From: Paraphysomonas bandaiensis
Taxonomy: Eukaryota; Protista; Chrysophyceae
Assembly (NCBI GenBank): GCA_965644295.1
Contig: CBFFRP010000234.1
Span: 124,001-188,000 of the forward strand
Direction: 5' to 3'
DNA length: 64,000 bases
Position 1 is the stretch's first letter. Every line of letters starts with the position of its first letter. The notes under the pieces were generated by a model. That model was given only the letters and a program-made list of their open reading frames with translations, was not told the DNA's origin and did not search any database. Below, piece by piece: positions 49,779 through 64,000 of this stretch. Made by a program: the position numbers and the translations under genes.

Positions 49779-51584
49779 ATGGAAGCGAAAAACGGTAGAT
49801 TACTTCCGGATGATATCGACTGCTTCGAGTGGTTGGATGAAGTAGGAATGGAGCAATATGCTGAAACTTTCCTCGCTAATTTTACATATGGTGGTAAATT
49901 TCTATCAAGGAAGCGACTTAGTCAAGTACGCATGCAAGATTTTCCTAAAATGAATATTACAAACTTTCAACACCAAAAAATTCTATATAAGCACATAAAA
50001 TTAACACTTGAGCATGAGTATTCTAACCCTGAGAGGAGAAGAGAATCTAAGATATTATCACCCTTCAAGAAGTCTGAAGCCAAGCTGGCGATGAGAGAGG
50101 CGAAAGATAAAATCGATGTTAAAGATGATTTGAAGGAAGACATGAAGCCAACGCCAGAGTACACTGGTGTAGTTCGAGTCCAAAAAGGTGCTGAACCAAA
50201 GAAAAGGTCCTCACGACCGACTATTAGGAAGCGAAATTCTTTCGATGCCAAGGCATGGGAATCGATCAACAAGCTTCGTGGAGAGAGTACCAAGAATGCA
50301 GACCAACTTCGCGAAGCTGTAACATACGAGGTATATATTTGCTACTATTTTTTGACATATGTATTGCTTATTGATATTAACATAAACTTAATTTGTATGA
50401 TTCTCTCGCATCACTGGCCCATACATTGTGTATATATATGTCTTGTTCACATGACAACGTTTTAATATTCAATGGGATGCAGCATGATAATAAGGCGGAC
50501 GGTAAAAATCCAAGGCGTGTAATTCGTCGCCGATCAACTTTCGATGGCCTTCCATCCCTACTAAAAGAGGGAAATGGCAGTAAGGGGAAACTATATGGCA
50601 ATATGGTACGCAAACTCTATGTATCTTGACTGGTTTGGCATTTGTTGCCTTGCTGCTATACATCTTCCTTTTGATCTGCAGTGATTATACAGGCTTTGAT
50701 AAGCTAATGTAAAATGTCAATCTGACCTCATGGAGGAATGCATTTGTGATTGTGATGTAACTTATATTTGTGTAGGCGCAGCAGTTCAATATTCTGCAAA
50801 GTAAGATGCTTCAGATACAAGAGCGTCATCTGCAAAACATTAAAGAAACACTTGGGTGCGATATAGTCAGCCTATTGTTTTTTAACGATCAGACTCGCGA
50901 ACTGATGCTCTGTATCAACGAAAGATGGTACAGAGTTCCATGTGAAAGTGGGATAGCTGGGTGGTGTGTTATCACTGGCGAAACGCTGAACATACCCGAT
51001 GCTTATAAAGACCACCGATTTAACGAGTATGTACTTGCATATAGGAGATAATTGATCTTAATTGTGTACATAGGAATATTGATAAAGCCACTGGATACCG
51101 TACGAAAACCATACTCTGTAGCCCGCTTCGCGCGAATCGCGGAGGTGGGAAGGTCATCGGGGTAATTGAACTGATCAACAAAAATAATGACGAGCTGTTT
51201 GATTCCAATGATGAAGAGCTGTTGAGTCAAATGGTAAATCACATTACTGACGATATGGCATCAGAATTCTCCGAGTTGCTTGAATTAAACAGTGCTATCT
51301 CGACATTTGCGTCTCCAATCCTTCCCAGTGATCTAGCCGGCGCGGCGAAAAAACGCTACGGGGGGGCCACCGGAACAACAAGAGCGTACGATAATCTTGT
51401 GAAAACTACGAAGAAATACTTGGAGGAAAGATCAGAGAGTGCTGAATCATCTCCTGCTATCAGGCTAGGAGGAGATTCATTTGAAAGTGAGCGTGAGCGT
51501 AGAGATAGACGAAAGAGTTTCGGGGAGAAGTTGAACCAAGAGATTGAAGCCAATCCAGAGCTTTTACATGTACGAAAGAATTGA
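49779..51584 (+). CDS. SAM domain + PDE-type GAF domain protein; 4 exons
   Basis: SAM: WLDEVGMEQYAETF...DFPKMNITNFQHQKIL. GAF: GIAGWC...[31 protein letters not shown]...VIGVIELINK...FDSNDE. Confidence 0.85.
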
Positions 51585-53098
51585 AATAGGAAACACGAAA
51601 ACATACTTCGCTGTTGTCACTTTTGCAAGGACAATGTAAACATGTTCAACAAATCATGACATTATTCATACATTGTGCACTCTGTGTTCCAGCGTATATC
51701 CATGCATACCTATTTGGTTATCGATGCTATAATTATTTGAGAGTAACTTTTATGATGAGTAATGCGCTTCGTGTTTTTGAATAAGTATATGCAATTCTAA
51801 ATTTATAATGAGTAGTAATAGGACAAAAGATAACTGCATCTAAAATTTTTCGTCGTCACGCTACCTCAAGAATTAAAATTAAACTATAATGACCTTTGGA
51901 TTATTCATGTAATCACTTTGTACTGGAGATTGAAGTCCTGGTATATTCTTTAACACTGTTTCTAGTATTTGGGCAACTCTACTTTGTATAACACCGCCTA
52001 CTGTGTACGACTTTCATATTGGAGTTTAGACGATATGGAATTGAATAAAAATACCTATCAGCATAATCAGCTGTTAATGAAGTTATATTTCTAGAACAGT
52101 AAATAAGATTGAAAACTCAGTTGACAAACGATTCTGTTATATCAGTTCAGGAAACACAAATATATGCTAGTGCTAATTAGAAATAATAGGGCAGTCTTGA
52201 CGGATAGGAATCCACTCCTCATAGTCAAGCTCAAAGTACCTCATCTTCGTCACCACTTGATATCACAAGGTGACGTATATAAGTTCTAGGATTACTGGGT
52301 ATTAGGATATTGAACGGTATAATTTTACCTTAAGCATAACATAAACACACTCGTTGATACGGTGTGTTATTACTAGTGTCAATCATCAAGCTTTCAACCA
52401 TGTATTACTCCCTCAAAACATTGCTTCCTATTGACAAATACAAAATTATATCGGAATTGTATGATGTGGGGTTTGTTACGGCAAGAGTATTCTGAATATC
52501 ATCGTAACAGTACAATATATATATAAACTTTGTTAGACGAAATGAAATGCCACAGTTTGTAAGTTCCTGGAGTGCCGTCCTGTAAGCAGATCTCCTATGA
52601 AGATATGGCTGGATCATACCTCTACCAGGTAAGGACCACTTCACATTCGTACTGTGTAGCCAATAAAAATCGAGAATGGATGTGTCGAGATAATTGATTG
52701 CATATGTCGATAAATTGAAAACTGAAAACTACCAAGACGGCGATTCAAGATTCCCCTTTCAAACTGGCAGTTTTACAACAAACGATTAAAAAGCGTTCTA
52801 TCGCTCACTTGTGATACATACATACACGCACGCATCCTACAGATACTCTTCCTCTAACATACATATATATCTGCTGATACATCGGCATTATTGTGTCTCT
52901 CTGTGGTGAATTGCATTAACTATATGCTCAGATCGGATTGATTTGGTCACCACTTGTTTTGTTAACGAAATCCATCTATTGCAGTAGTCAGCAACATTAT
53001 ATCGTGACCGGTTTATATATTCATTCGTTTCTGTATCAGGCCTGCAATAGTTACTTGTGGTCCTTTGTTGAATAGTCCATACATTAGATATCACAAAC

Positions 53099-56000
53099 AT
53101 GTCTTTGTCTGAAAGACATCGTTGGTGCGCAAAGAAAATATTAGAAGCGTTTAGCCCGGAATTAGATGCAGATACCGTCCAAACGTTCATTCGTAACGAT
53201 GTCGTTCTTCAAAAATTCACATCCTTCTTCCGTGGCGACGGTGCCGGTCGATTATTTGTTTTTTATCAGCCTGCGACCGCTCCTGGGGAGGTATACATAC
53301 ATTCTCTATATATGCATTCCTAACATATGAGTCAGGAATGGACTGAGGGCACAGGTCCGAAGGAACTCTCTCTTTCAGACGGTAATCAGGGGGCAATGAT
53401 GCACAAGTGCTGCTATTTCGTGCGCAATGTACAGCCTGGAACTGGTTTGGATTTAGCGAAAAGTGGAGATTCAGATCTTCTGTTTGGTGAACTAGGAGAA
53501 TCTCCGTTGGGTACAATAGAAGCAATCTTGAGCCAATCGTACAGACCAATGCTGGACACCTACGACAATTGGGGTAAAGTTGACGATGAACAGAAAAATG
53601 ATTTTATATCTGAGATTGGATCATTTATTAACAATATTAACGAGGCTCTGACGAGTTTTGCAAGTGGACTCGACCTTCGTGCACCAGATCCTCGCTTGTA
53701 CCGGGCTCTAGAAATTAAATCTCATCGCACATCTCTCCCGATAGAGAGTATCGACCACTTCGAAGTTTTGTTGAATGAGTGGTGTAATCAGATCGAAAGA
53801 TATTTAGACGCGCCGACTCATACAAGCCATTCTGATGATGTCGGACCTCGGGGTGAGCTGGAGCACTGGCGTAGCCGTATGCAGAAGCTCACAAGCATAA
53901 CAGAGCAACTGAAACGACAAGACTGCAAGCAAGTAACTGTAATTCTCTCCACTATCACGAAAAACACAACGGATCCGTCAAAACAAAATATTGTTAATCT
54001 TTTGCGTCGCTGGAAGCAGATTGATGTCAATATTACTGAGGCTGCTAATGAAGCTAAAGACAACGTGAAGTATTTATATACTCTAGAGCGCTTCATTGAT
54101 CCTCTATACACGGGAAATGCTGAAACAATAACAGATACTTTACCTGCTCTCATGAACTCGATAAAGATGATTCATACCATTGCTAGGTACTACAACACTT
54201 CCGAGCGTATGACATCTCTCTTTGCCAAAATTACGGAGCAAATGATCTCCAACTGTAAGATGCATATCACAGGTGATGAGACAATAGACTCGTTGTGGGA
54301 AAGTGATCCCCAGGAACTTGTGCGTAAATTAGAGGCATGTTTAAAACTGAATGAAGCGTATCAGGAGCATTACCGCATCACGAAAAATAAACTCGAGCAG
54401 AGCCCGAAGGGGAAGCAATTTTCGTTCAATGAGATGCAGATCTTTGGAAAATTTGATCTATTTTGTCGCCGTGTGATTAAACTCATTGACATGTTCAGTA
54501 CCATTGATCAGTTTAACTCATTGTCTAAGAACAAACTCGAGGGCATGGAGAGACTGATCGATCAGTTTCACCATATTGTGAAGGAGTTTAGACTTAAGAG
54601 GCACGACCTGCTGGACTATCACAACAATAAATTCGATCGTGACTACGTTGAATTCAACGTAAAAATAACGGATTTAGAAGCTGCCCTACAGCAGTTCATC
54701 AACCAGAGTTTTGAGAACATAACTAGCATTGAGCACTCTTTGCAATTGCTGCGGAAGTTTCAGAGTATCTTACAAAGAGAGAGCCTGAAAAGTGATCTAG
54801 ATTCTAAGCTAAATATAATATTCCAAAATTATGGAATGGAGCTCGAACAGGTTCAACAGCTTTACGAAAAAGAGAAGCACGACCCTCCTATTCCTCGTAA
54901 CTTACCTCCAGTGGCGGGGAATATTACCTGGTCGAGGCATCTTTTGAAGCGCATTGAAGAGCCCATGAAGCAGTTTGAATCCAATCAAAATGTACTTGCT
55001 GGGAAAGATGCGAAGCGTATAATTAAAATGTACAATAAGGTCGCTAAAACTCTAGTAGCGTTTGAGTATCTGTGGTACCAAGCGTGGGTGCAAAGTATTG
55101 ACCAGGCGAAGGCTGGACTTCAGGCCACTCTAATAATTCGCCACCCTGATGACGGTAAACTGTACGTCAACTTCGATCAGGAAATCTTGCAGCTCATTCG
55201 AGAGGCGAAGTGTTTAGACCGTATGTCTATCGATGTCCCTGACGGTGCACGAATAGTATTATTCCAAGAGGAGAAGTTCAAAAACTATCACAATGAGCTG
55301 CACTGGGCCCTGTCTGAGTATGACAAAGTTGTCTCTAAAGTTATTCCTGTGACAGCCATGGTTCTTCGTCCACATTTCCGCGACATGGAATATAAACTCC
55401 GTCCTGGCATGATCACACTGACATGGACGTCAATGAATATCGATGCATATAAACAGCATATTCACACTGGCCTTCGTAAGCTGGAAGAACTCGTGGCAAA
55501 TATAAATGATATCATAGAGAATCGCATTGAGAAAAATCTCAAGATAGTGTCGAAGACTCTATTAGTAGACTTGCCAGATAGTGACTCTTTCACTGTGGAA
55601 GAGTTTGTAAAAATGCAAGAAAAGCATATTGCCAAGCAGTCCACCCTGCTGCAAGGCAAGAATCTTGAAATCGAGTTTGCTGTGCGTGATTTAATTAAGA
55701 CGATATCAAGTTACAAGCTTGATAGTCATGTAGAGGGAATTGCTGAAGACGAGATCACAAAGTTGAAGAAGCACTACAACCACTTCATGTACCAGGCATT
55801 ACTTCACTGTGCTAAGAATTCCATGAATGCACTGAAGAAGCGTATTGGATCTAGATCCACCACTGTCACTGATGAGGCATCAGGAGCCACCCGCAATACA
55901 GAAGTTCAACCGTTCTTCGAGGTAGACATTCAGTTGTCTGCACCGCATGTTGTATTGCATCCTTCTCTCGATGAAATTCAAGAATGTATCAATCGCTCTG

Positions 56001-59000
56001 CTCAGGCCATTCTGAGATGCTTTAAGACAGTGAAAGACTGGAACTTCGAGTCAGAAGCATCGAGAAACAAAACATTTTTTGATCGTATAACGAAGGATAT
56101 TGAAATAGTACGTGTAGCTCTTTTGCTGACCGGTTGTATCCAGGGTATTCGTAACACTGTACAGGACTATCTGAATTCTTTTGCACAGTATGACTGGCTC
56201 TGGCACTCAGATAAAGATTCTGTATACTCGGAATTCATGAAAGGGCAGCCTTCACTTGATGATTACGAGAAAAAATTGAAGTCCTTTGGGGCTGTAGATT
56301 CAAATATTGCTTGCATTGACGATGTACATAATATCGGCGCTCTGTCGCTACGCACTGTGAGCATTAAGTCGCAGCTTCGATCTGAATGCAACAGATGGAA
56401 AGTGAAATTTTCTGATAATCTCCATGCTCAGGCTAAGAGTAGATTAGAACAATTGACCGAGTATATTCGTATGACGAATGGTAAAGTTGTTCGTGAAGTG
56501 ACAGATCTGGATACATTGCGATTCATTATGCGTCTGCTGGTGGACGTACGCGATCGTGAGTCTTCAATGGATATGGAAATTAACCCTATTATGGACATGT
56601 ATCGTATGCTTGAGTCATATCTGCCAGCCGGATTCATGGAGAAAGAAGAAATTGACAAAAAAACTGTCCTCCGACCAAACTGGAAGAAGCTCCTTAAGCA
56701 AGCTGAGATGCGTACTGAGGAGCTGTCAAAAACACAGATGAAGTATAAACGCCAACTTCTTCGAGATATTAAGGAATTTAAGCACGATGTTGAAAACTTT
56801 CGTGAGGACTTCCTCCGCAACGGACCGATGATTGATGGCATTACTGCCAATGATGCAGTTGATAGGCTCAGTCGATTCAAAGAAGAGTATAAGATACGCG
56901 ATAGAAAGATGGAGTCTTACCGCGGCGGCGAGGAACTGTTTGCTCTTCCATTGACCGACTATCCTGATCTCGAGAAGACTAGTAAAGAGCTCAAGCTCGC
57001 AGATCAACTTTTTTCTCTTTATGTAGATGTACTTGGTACGCTGAATGACTGGAAAAACGTATTATGGACTGATGTCAAAGAGAAAGTCGGTGAAATGAAT
57101 GAAAAAATTGAGGCTTTTTCTCTGCGTTGCAAGAAATTGCCCAGTAGACTACGTGAGTATAATGCCTACAAGACCCTGAAGACTCAAATAGAGGATTTTA
57201 TGGTTGTCCTTCCATTGCTCCAAGAGCTCTCTAAGGAGAGTATTCGCGACCGTCATTGGGACGAGATAATTCAGATTACCAGTGCCGAGTTTGATTACCA
57301 AGATCCAGAATTTAGACTCGGTGCGCTAATGGAGATAAACATGGTTGCACATGGTGAAGATATTGAGGAGGTAACCGATGGTGCTGACAAACAACTCAAG
57401 ATCGAGAAGGGTTTAGTGGAAATAGAGGATAGATGGGCGTCGTTCAGTTTCGCTTTCAGGGAGTGGAAGAACAGAAATATTCAAATTCTTCTCGGGACAG
57501 TTGGTGTAATGGAGGAGCTGGAGGAGGCCCAGATGAATTTACAAGCCTTTCTGACAATGCGCCATGTTGCTCCGTTCAGAGAGCGCGCACAGGAACTCCT
57601 ACAGACTCTATCTGACGCATCTGATACTCTTGAAAGATGGCTTAAGGTGCAGATGATGTGGTGCTCTCTCGAATCTGTCTTCACTGGTGGCGATATCGCG
57701 AAACAGATGCCCATGGAAGCTAAGAAATTCGGAAAAATTGACAAGGAATGGGCTAAGGTTATGGGCAAGGCATATGAGACCCAGATTGTTGTCGAGTGCT
57801 GTGCCAACGAAGTATTAAGGGCTGCTCTACCTGTAATGTATCAGGAACTTGAGAAATGTCAAAAATCTTTAGAAGGATACCTCGAGCAGAAGAGGAACAA
57901 ATTTCCGCGTTTTTACTTTGTGTCAAACCCAGGTTTGCTTATTATCTTATCTCAAGGTTCTGACCCCCTCTCCATGAATGACCACTACGAGAAAGTATTC
58001 GATGCTATATCATATGTGGAACACAATAAGAAGGACAAAACCATAATTGAAAAGATGCATGGAGATGGAGGGCCCGGTCACGAGATCGTTCCATTCTCCA
58101 CGGCAGTAAAAGCTGTAGGAAATATTGAGGATTGGCTTTGTGATTTGCTAAAGAAGCAACAACTCACGATGAAAGATATAGCTCGTAATTGTGCTAGTGA
58201 TGTCACACAAGTGACTAATGATATTCATCACCTAAGAGGATTCGTAGATTCGTATGTATCTCAGTTTGCATTGCTGGGCGTTCAAATGTTGTGGACAATG
58301 GACATGCAAATGTCACTTGAGCAGTGCCGTACGAAAAAGAATGTAATGAAGGAGTGCAATCAGCGTCAGGCAGAGATATTAAAAGAAATGAGCAGCTGGT
58401 GCCTTACTGATTTGGGTTCGAAAGTAAATCGCCGGAAGATTGAGACGCTGGTCACCATACACGTTCACCAGCGTGATGTGACTAATGAGCTTGCGGCCCT
58501 CGCTAGAATTAAGAAAATTCAGGATCCAAATGACTTTGAATGGCTAAAGCAAGCCCGATTTTACTGGCGGCCTGTGGCTTACGATGAAGTTTCCAGTGAG
58601 GGAGCGTGTATTATTGCTATTACCGATGTAGATTTCAATTATCAATTTGAATATTTGGGTGCCAAGGAACGACTTGTGATTACTCCTTTGACAGATCGCT
58701 GCTATATTACTCTCGCGCAAGCACTTGGCATGTTTTTTGGTGGTGCCCCCGCTGGCCCCGCTGGGACTGGGAAGACTGAAACTGTCAAAGATTTAGGACG
58801 TTCTCTTGGTATTTTCGTCGTTGTGACGAACTGTACTGATCAGCAGTCGTACCTAGATTGTGCTAAGATATTTAAGGGTCTGTGTATGGCTGGACTCTGG
58901 GGTTGCTTTGATGAGTTCAATCGTATTCGCCTTCCAGTACTTTCTGTGGTGGCGCAACAGGTGTTGTCAATTCTAAATGCAAAGAAGTCAGGAGTTGTTA

Positions 59001-62000
59001 GCTTTCAGTTCCCTGGTGACCCCCAAAATGTGAGTCTTATTCCGTGCTGCGGTTTCTTCATTACAATGAATCCTGGATATGCTGGAAGACAAGAGCTACC
59101 AGAGAACTTGAAGACTTTATTCCGTGGTGTAGCAATGATGGTTCCTGATTTCCAAATGATTATTAAGGTGAAACTATGCTCTGTCGGCTATGAGCAATTC
59201 GATATTTTGTCCCAAAAATTCTTTGTGCTCTACAATACTAGCAAAGAGCAGCTTTCTGCGCAGAAGCACTACGATTGGGGATTGAGAAATATCCTCGCTG
59301 TCCTGCGTACTGCTGGACAGACAAAGCGAGACAATCTCAGAGCTGACGAAGCTTTCCTACTGTATCGAACTCTTCGTGAGATGAATCTGTCGAAAATGGT
59401 TGCCCAAGACGTGCCTCTCTTCTTGTCTCTATTGGCCGATCTGTTTCCTCAGTGTCCTCCTCCACCGAAAGCTGATTATCCTGATCTTGAAGCTGCGTTG
59501 AAGAGGAGCGTGGAGTCGAATAAACTTGTGTACCACCCTACTTGGGTGACTAAGGTATTACAGCTATACGACACCACTCTTGTGCGCCATGGGATCATGC
59601 TTGTGGGGCCGACTGGTGGTGGAAAGACACAGATATTCAAGAACTTGCGCGCATCTCTTGAAATTACTACTGGAATAACACACAAAGACTGTCGACTTAA
59701 CCCCAAGGCTATACGCGCTCAGGAGATGTACGGAGAGGTCGATCCTCTTTCAGGTGAGTGGACGACTGGTGTCTTCGCAGCGATGTGGGCGAAATATAAC
59801 AATCGTGCGAATACTTTCAATATGTGGCTGATTGCTGACGGGCCCGTGGATGCAATTTGGATCGAAGACTTAAACACAGTGCTAGACGACAACAGAATTC
59901 TTACTCTAGCCAATGGAGACCGAATTCCTATGACGGACAATGTGAAAATAATGTTTGAGGTTGAAACTCTTGTTAATGCCTCTCCTGCCACTGTGTCACG
60001 TGCTGGAATTATATTTGTTTCTGATACTGATTTAGATTGGGCTCCATATGTTGAGGGATGGGTCCTAAAACAACCGTCCTCTCAGCAGGCTATTTTGAGA
60101 GATCTTTTTACCAAGTACATGGGCAATTGTACGCCGACAGATCCTGGACACTCATTCGAGTTTTTAACGAGAAATTGTCACCAAGTTATGAATTGTTCTC
60201 GTATTGGGATGATCATGGGTCTCTGTGATCTATTCAAGGGGCTCACTGAAGGAAAAGATTCAATAGACATCTCTGTTAACACAGAAGAACGCATGGAAAA
60301 AATTTTCTTGTACTGCTATTTCTGGACTGTGGGTGGCTTGATTGAAGCTGAAGATAGAAAGAAATTGGATGTCTACATCCGCACCATTGATAAGAGTGGG
60401 CGCATGCCTAACTGCATCGAAGATACGACTGTGTATGAGTACTTTGTGGATCACACTGGTGACTGGAGTTTGTGGCGGCCGCCAAAGTGGGTTTATCCTG
60501 CTGGACAGGAGAAGTTGGACTTCTCCAACTTACTTGTTCCTACTATGGATTCTACGCGAGCATCTTATAACTGTACCCACATTCATAAGCAAAAAAAGGC
60601 TGTTTGCATTGTCGGTGCGGAAGGAACTGCAAAGACCTCCACAACTTTAATGTTTTTCGGTACTCTTGATCCGGAGGTGATGCTTGTCAAACGAGTCAAT
60701 TTCTCTAGTGCTACTACGCCCTTTATGTGTCAGAGTGCAGTGGAGGTTGAACTTGAGAAACGTGGTGGCAAGAACTTTGGTCCCCCAGGTGGAAAGGCAA
60801 TGACAATATTTATGGATGATATGAGCATGCCCGAGGTCAACAAGTGGGGTGATCAACCTACTCTGGAAATGGTTCGTCTTATTGTTGAGTTCGGTGGTTT
60901 CTGTTTCTTGGACAAGGATAAGAGAGGAGATTTCAAAGTATGTGAGGATCTGCAGTACATTGCCGCAATGCAGCATCCAGGAGGTGGGAAGAATGACATT
61001 CCAAACCGCCTAAAGCGCAATTTCTTTATTTTTAATCTTGTGCTACCTTCCATTATATCTATCAACGACATTTACGGTCAAATGCTTGCCGGTAGGTTTC
61101 CCGCCAACGCCTTTCCGGCCGAGACATTGGATGTAGTAAACAAGCTAACTGGTGCTACCATTGAATTGTGGAGAACAATGAAGGATAAGATGCTTCCCAC
61201 TCCTGCGAAGTTCCATTATATATTCAATCTTCGAGAGCTGTCCCGTGTGTTTCAGGGAATTCTTCTTACTCCCACGGACACTATCAAGACTGGCGGTTAC
61301 AGGTGTGAGACGAAGGTAACCAACTTCAAGGGTGGTGGAATTACGCTCTTGAATATATGGAAGCACGAATGTGGTCGTGTATTTTCTGATAAGCTCACTA
61401 ACCTTAAGGACAAAGCTACATTTGACAAGTTTATTGATGCCCAAATTGCTCAGACGTTTGGTCCACTTGCTGAGCACACCAAGGAGCCTTTCTACATGGT
61501 AAATTTCCTGAGACCTGATGTGTATGACGAAGAAGGGGTTCTTGTAGAGGATGCGCCGAAAATGTATGAGCCAGGTGGTGCTCTGCCTGATGTAAAGCCG
61601 GTCGTCGTAGCCTTTCTGGAGCGTTTCAACACTGAATTTCCAGCGAAGAAGATGGAACTTGTACTATTCAATGATGCACTGGAGCATCTGCTTCGCTTAA
61701 ACCGTTTAATGGAGATGCCCAGAGGATCTGGCCTCCTGGTCGGTGTTGGTGGTTCAGGAAAGCAATCCTTGACTCGTCTGTCTTCCTACATTTCCAGAGC
61801 TACACAATTTCAAATCACGCTTACGAAGCAGTATAATAAGAACTCCTTTATGGAAGACATGAAGGCTCTTTTTAAATCTGCTGGGCACCTATGCAAACCC
61901 ACAACCTTTTTGTTTACTGAGTCTGAAATCAAGGATGAGGTCTTTTTGGAATACATTAATAGCGTACTTCTCACCGGAGATATTCCTGGCCTCTTTGCGA

Positions 62001-64000
62001 AGGACGAAGTCATGGCTATCACTGCTGATCTTCGCAATAAATTTGTTAAGGAGAGACCACACTTGGAGGATAACCAAGATAACCTCAAACAGTTCTTTAT
62101 AGATAAAGTGAGAGACAACCTGCATCTAATGATCTGTATGTCTCCAATGAATCCCCGTTTCCCAGTAAGAGCAAGAAAATTTCCTGGCATTATTTCTTGC
62201 CCGACTATCGACTGGTTCTTGCCTTGGCCTGCTGATGCCCTCGTTGAGTTGTCACAGGCTTTTATTGCTAACTTCCATGTGGAGTGTACCCCAGAGGTGA
62301 AGCAAGGCCTTATGACACACATGGGTATGGTACACAGTATGGTGACAGAAGTCTGTGATGAATATTTCGTGAAGATGCGTCGTCGTGTGTACCAGACACC
62401 GAAGTCATACCTCTCTTTCATTCAAAATTTCACACATCAGTATGGCATTAAACTCGCTGAATTGAAAGTAAAAGAGGGTAGAGTTAATTTAGGTTTGCAA
62501 AAGCTAATTCAGGGAGCTGAAGATGTCGAGGAAATGAAACTAGTTCTTGCGGAAGAACAGGTGAAGCTTGAAGTGGCTACGAAGGATACGAACAAAATGC
62601 TTGAGTCTTTGGAGGTTTCTTCTGCAGAGGCCAAGCGCGAAAGTGATAAGGTAACGACGATTAAAAACAAGTGCTTGGAAGATTCAAATCGTATCGGTGA
62701 CGAGAAAGCAGCGTGTATGGCAGACTTGGCCAAAGCACAGCCCTTCGTGGATGAGGCTGAAACTGCTATTCGCTCCATCAAGCCAGCTGATATTCAGGAA
62801 GTGAAACGTTTTGCAAATCCTGCCATTATTATTCAACTTGTGTTTGATGGTATTCTCTTGCTATTCAAGCTACCAATGAACCCTCCCAGAGCAGCTAAAC
62901 TAAACGTCGCGAAGCAGGATATTAATTTTATCGAACCGTCATTTAGACCTCATGGTGTTGCTGTTATGAATCAAGCCGATTTCTTAAAACAAGTCGTTGA
63001 TTTTGGTGGAACAGGAAAAGATAAGATCAATGAGGAAACGATTGAATTTTTGTCGCCGTATGTGGAGCTGGAAGGATTCACTGCTGCAGTGGCTAAGAAT
63101 GCCTCCAAGGCCGCTGAAGGTCTTTGTGTGTGGGTTCGTGCGATGAAATTTTACCACGAGGCCTCCAAGATTGTGAAACCGAAACTTGAAGCTCTCTCCG
63201 TTGCAGAAGCAAACCTTGAGGCCGCGAACAAGGCTCTCAATGCAGCAGAGATGAGGTTACAGAGTTGTCAGGCACGTCTCGCTGAGCTTCAAGCAATGTT
63301 CGATACTCAAATGGCCGAAAAGAAGCGCATTGAGGACGGCGCTTTAGCTCTTCAACGTAAGATGATGATGGCATCTCAGCTCATTGGTGGTCTTGCGGGA
63401 GAGCGTGTTCGTTGGACAGATGACTCGAATAACTTTTCCGATATGAAGCGCCGTCTAGTAGGTGATTGTGCGGTGAGTTGTGCCTTCACCTGTTACTGTG
63501 GACCGTTCAACCAAGAGTTCAGACGATACCTGGTTGAAGATAAGTTCATCCATGACTGCAATACCCGGGGGGTACCAGTAACAAATGGTTTGGATATCAT
63601 ATCATTTATGGTTGATATTGGCACGATTGGTGACTGGAACATGCAGGGGCTTCCAGCTGATCCTCTGTCTATTCAAAATGGTATCTTGGTGACTCGAAGC
63701 AGTCGCTTTCCTTTGATGATCGATCCTCAAGGCCAAGCTATTAATTGGATTAAAAACAGGGAGGCAAGCAATGTACCAGCTTGGGGGCAAGCTACAATCA
63801 CGGACCCAAAACTGAAGGATAAGTTAGAGTTCTGTATGGGCGATGGCTTGGCGCTAATTGTTATTGGCGTGGAGGAAGAAATCGACCCAATGCTTGACCC
63901 AGTCATGGAACGGCAGATTACTCGTAAGGGTAAAAGAATGTTTATTAATGTATCCGATAAGATGATGGACTTTGATGAAAAGTTTATGATGTATTTTATT
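53099..64000 (+). CDS. Axonemal dynein heavy chain, outer-arm gamma type (DNAH5/DNAH8-like); partial, runs off the window
   Basis: Exon 1 53099-53290, 45-nt intron, then one frame to 64000. P-loops GPAGTGKT (~58754), GPTGGGKT (~59606), GAEGTAKT (~60614, matching the DNAH5/8-type GxxGTAKT), GVGGSGKQ (~61742). Also GCFDEFNR, ITMNPGYAGRQELPEN, HYDWGLR. Confidence 0.95.

Noticed and set aside
53217-63790. Many short antisense or alternate-frame ORFs over dynein (likewise over GLDC, CD36, TANGO6)
   Set aside because: Shadows of long coding sequence with no recognisable domains
1-64000. CRISPR arrays, rRNA, spliceosomal snRNAs, telomeric repeats, prokaryotic operon or defence system
   Set aside because: None seen; the window is intron-containing eukaryotic DNA, and the polymerase and histidine kinase are spliced eukaryotic genes rather than bacterial contamination

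Overview
Eukaryotic nuclear DNA in the standard genetic code, with short GT-AG introns (mostly ~45-60 nt). The gene content (axonemal outer-arm dynein, POP-type organellar DNA polymerase, multi-TM hybrid histidine kinase) points to a flagellated protist, most likely a stramenopile such as a chrysophyte (inference). About 16 protein genes are present: paraoxonase-like, FYVE protein, TANGO6/Rtp1, a hypothetical, chromo-barrel/OTU/UIM deubiquitinase, CD36-family, acylated EF-hand protein, POP polymerase, hybrid HK, Ca-binding mitochondrial carrier, small 4-TM protein, JmjC oxygenase, MAP2K, glycine decarboxylase P protein, SAM-GAF protein, and a dynein heavy chain running off the window. There are also two identical tRNA-Lys(CTT) genes and a non-autonomous hAT transposon with a 5'-truncated RNase H-bearing LINE nested inside it. 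Twelve genes form six head-to-head pairs whose spacers are rich in ACTG(CTG)TA-type motifs. The most interesting signals: (1) a membrane-anchored JmjC Fe/2OG enzyme whose metal triad is H-x-A...H, the halogenase signature; (2) two SAP domains inserted in the thumb of the organellar DNA polymerase; (3) a SAM+GAF protein with no catalytic domain; (4) the TE nest; (5) 26 introns in the polymerase gene versus a >10.6 kb exon in dynein. Exon structures were inferred by eye and no database searches were run.
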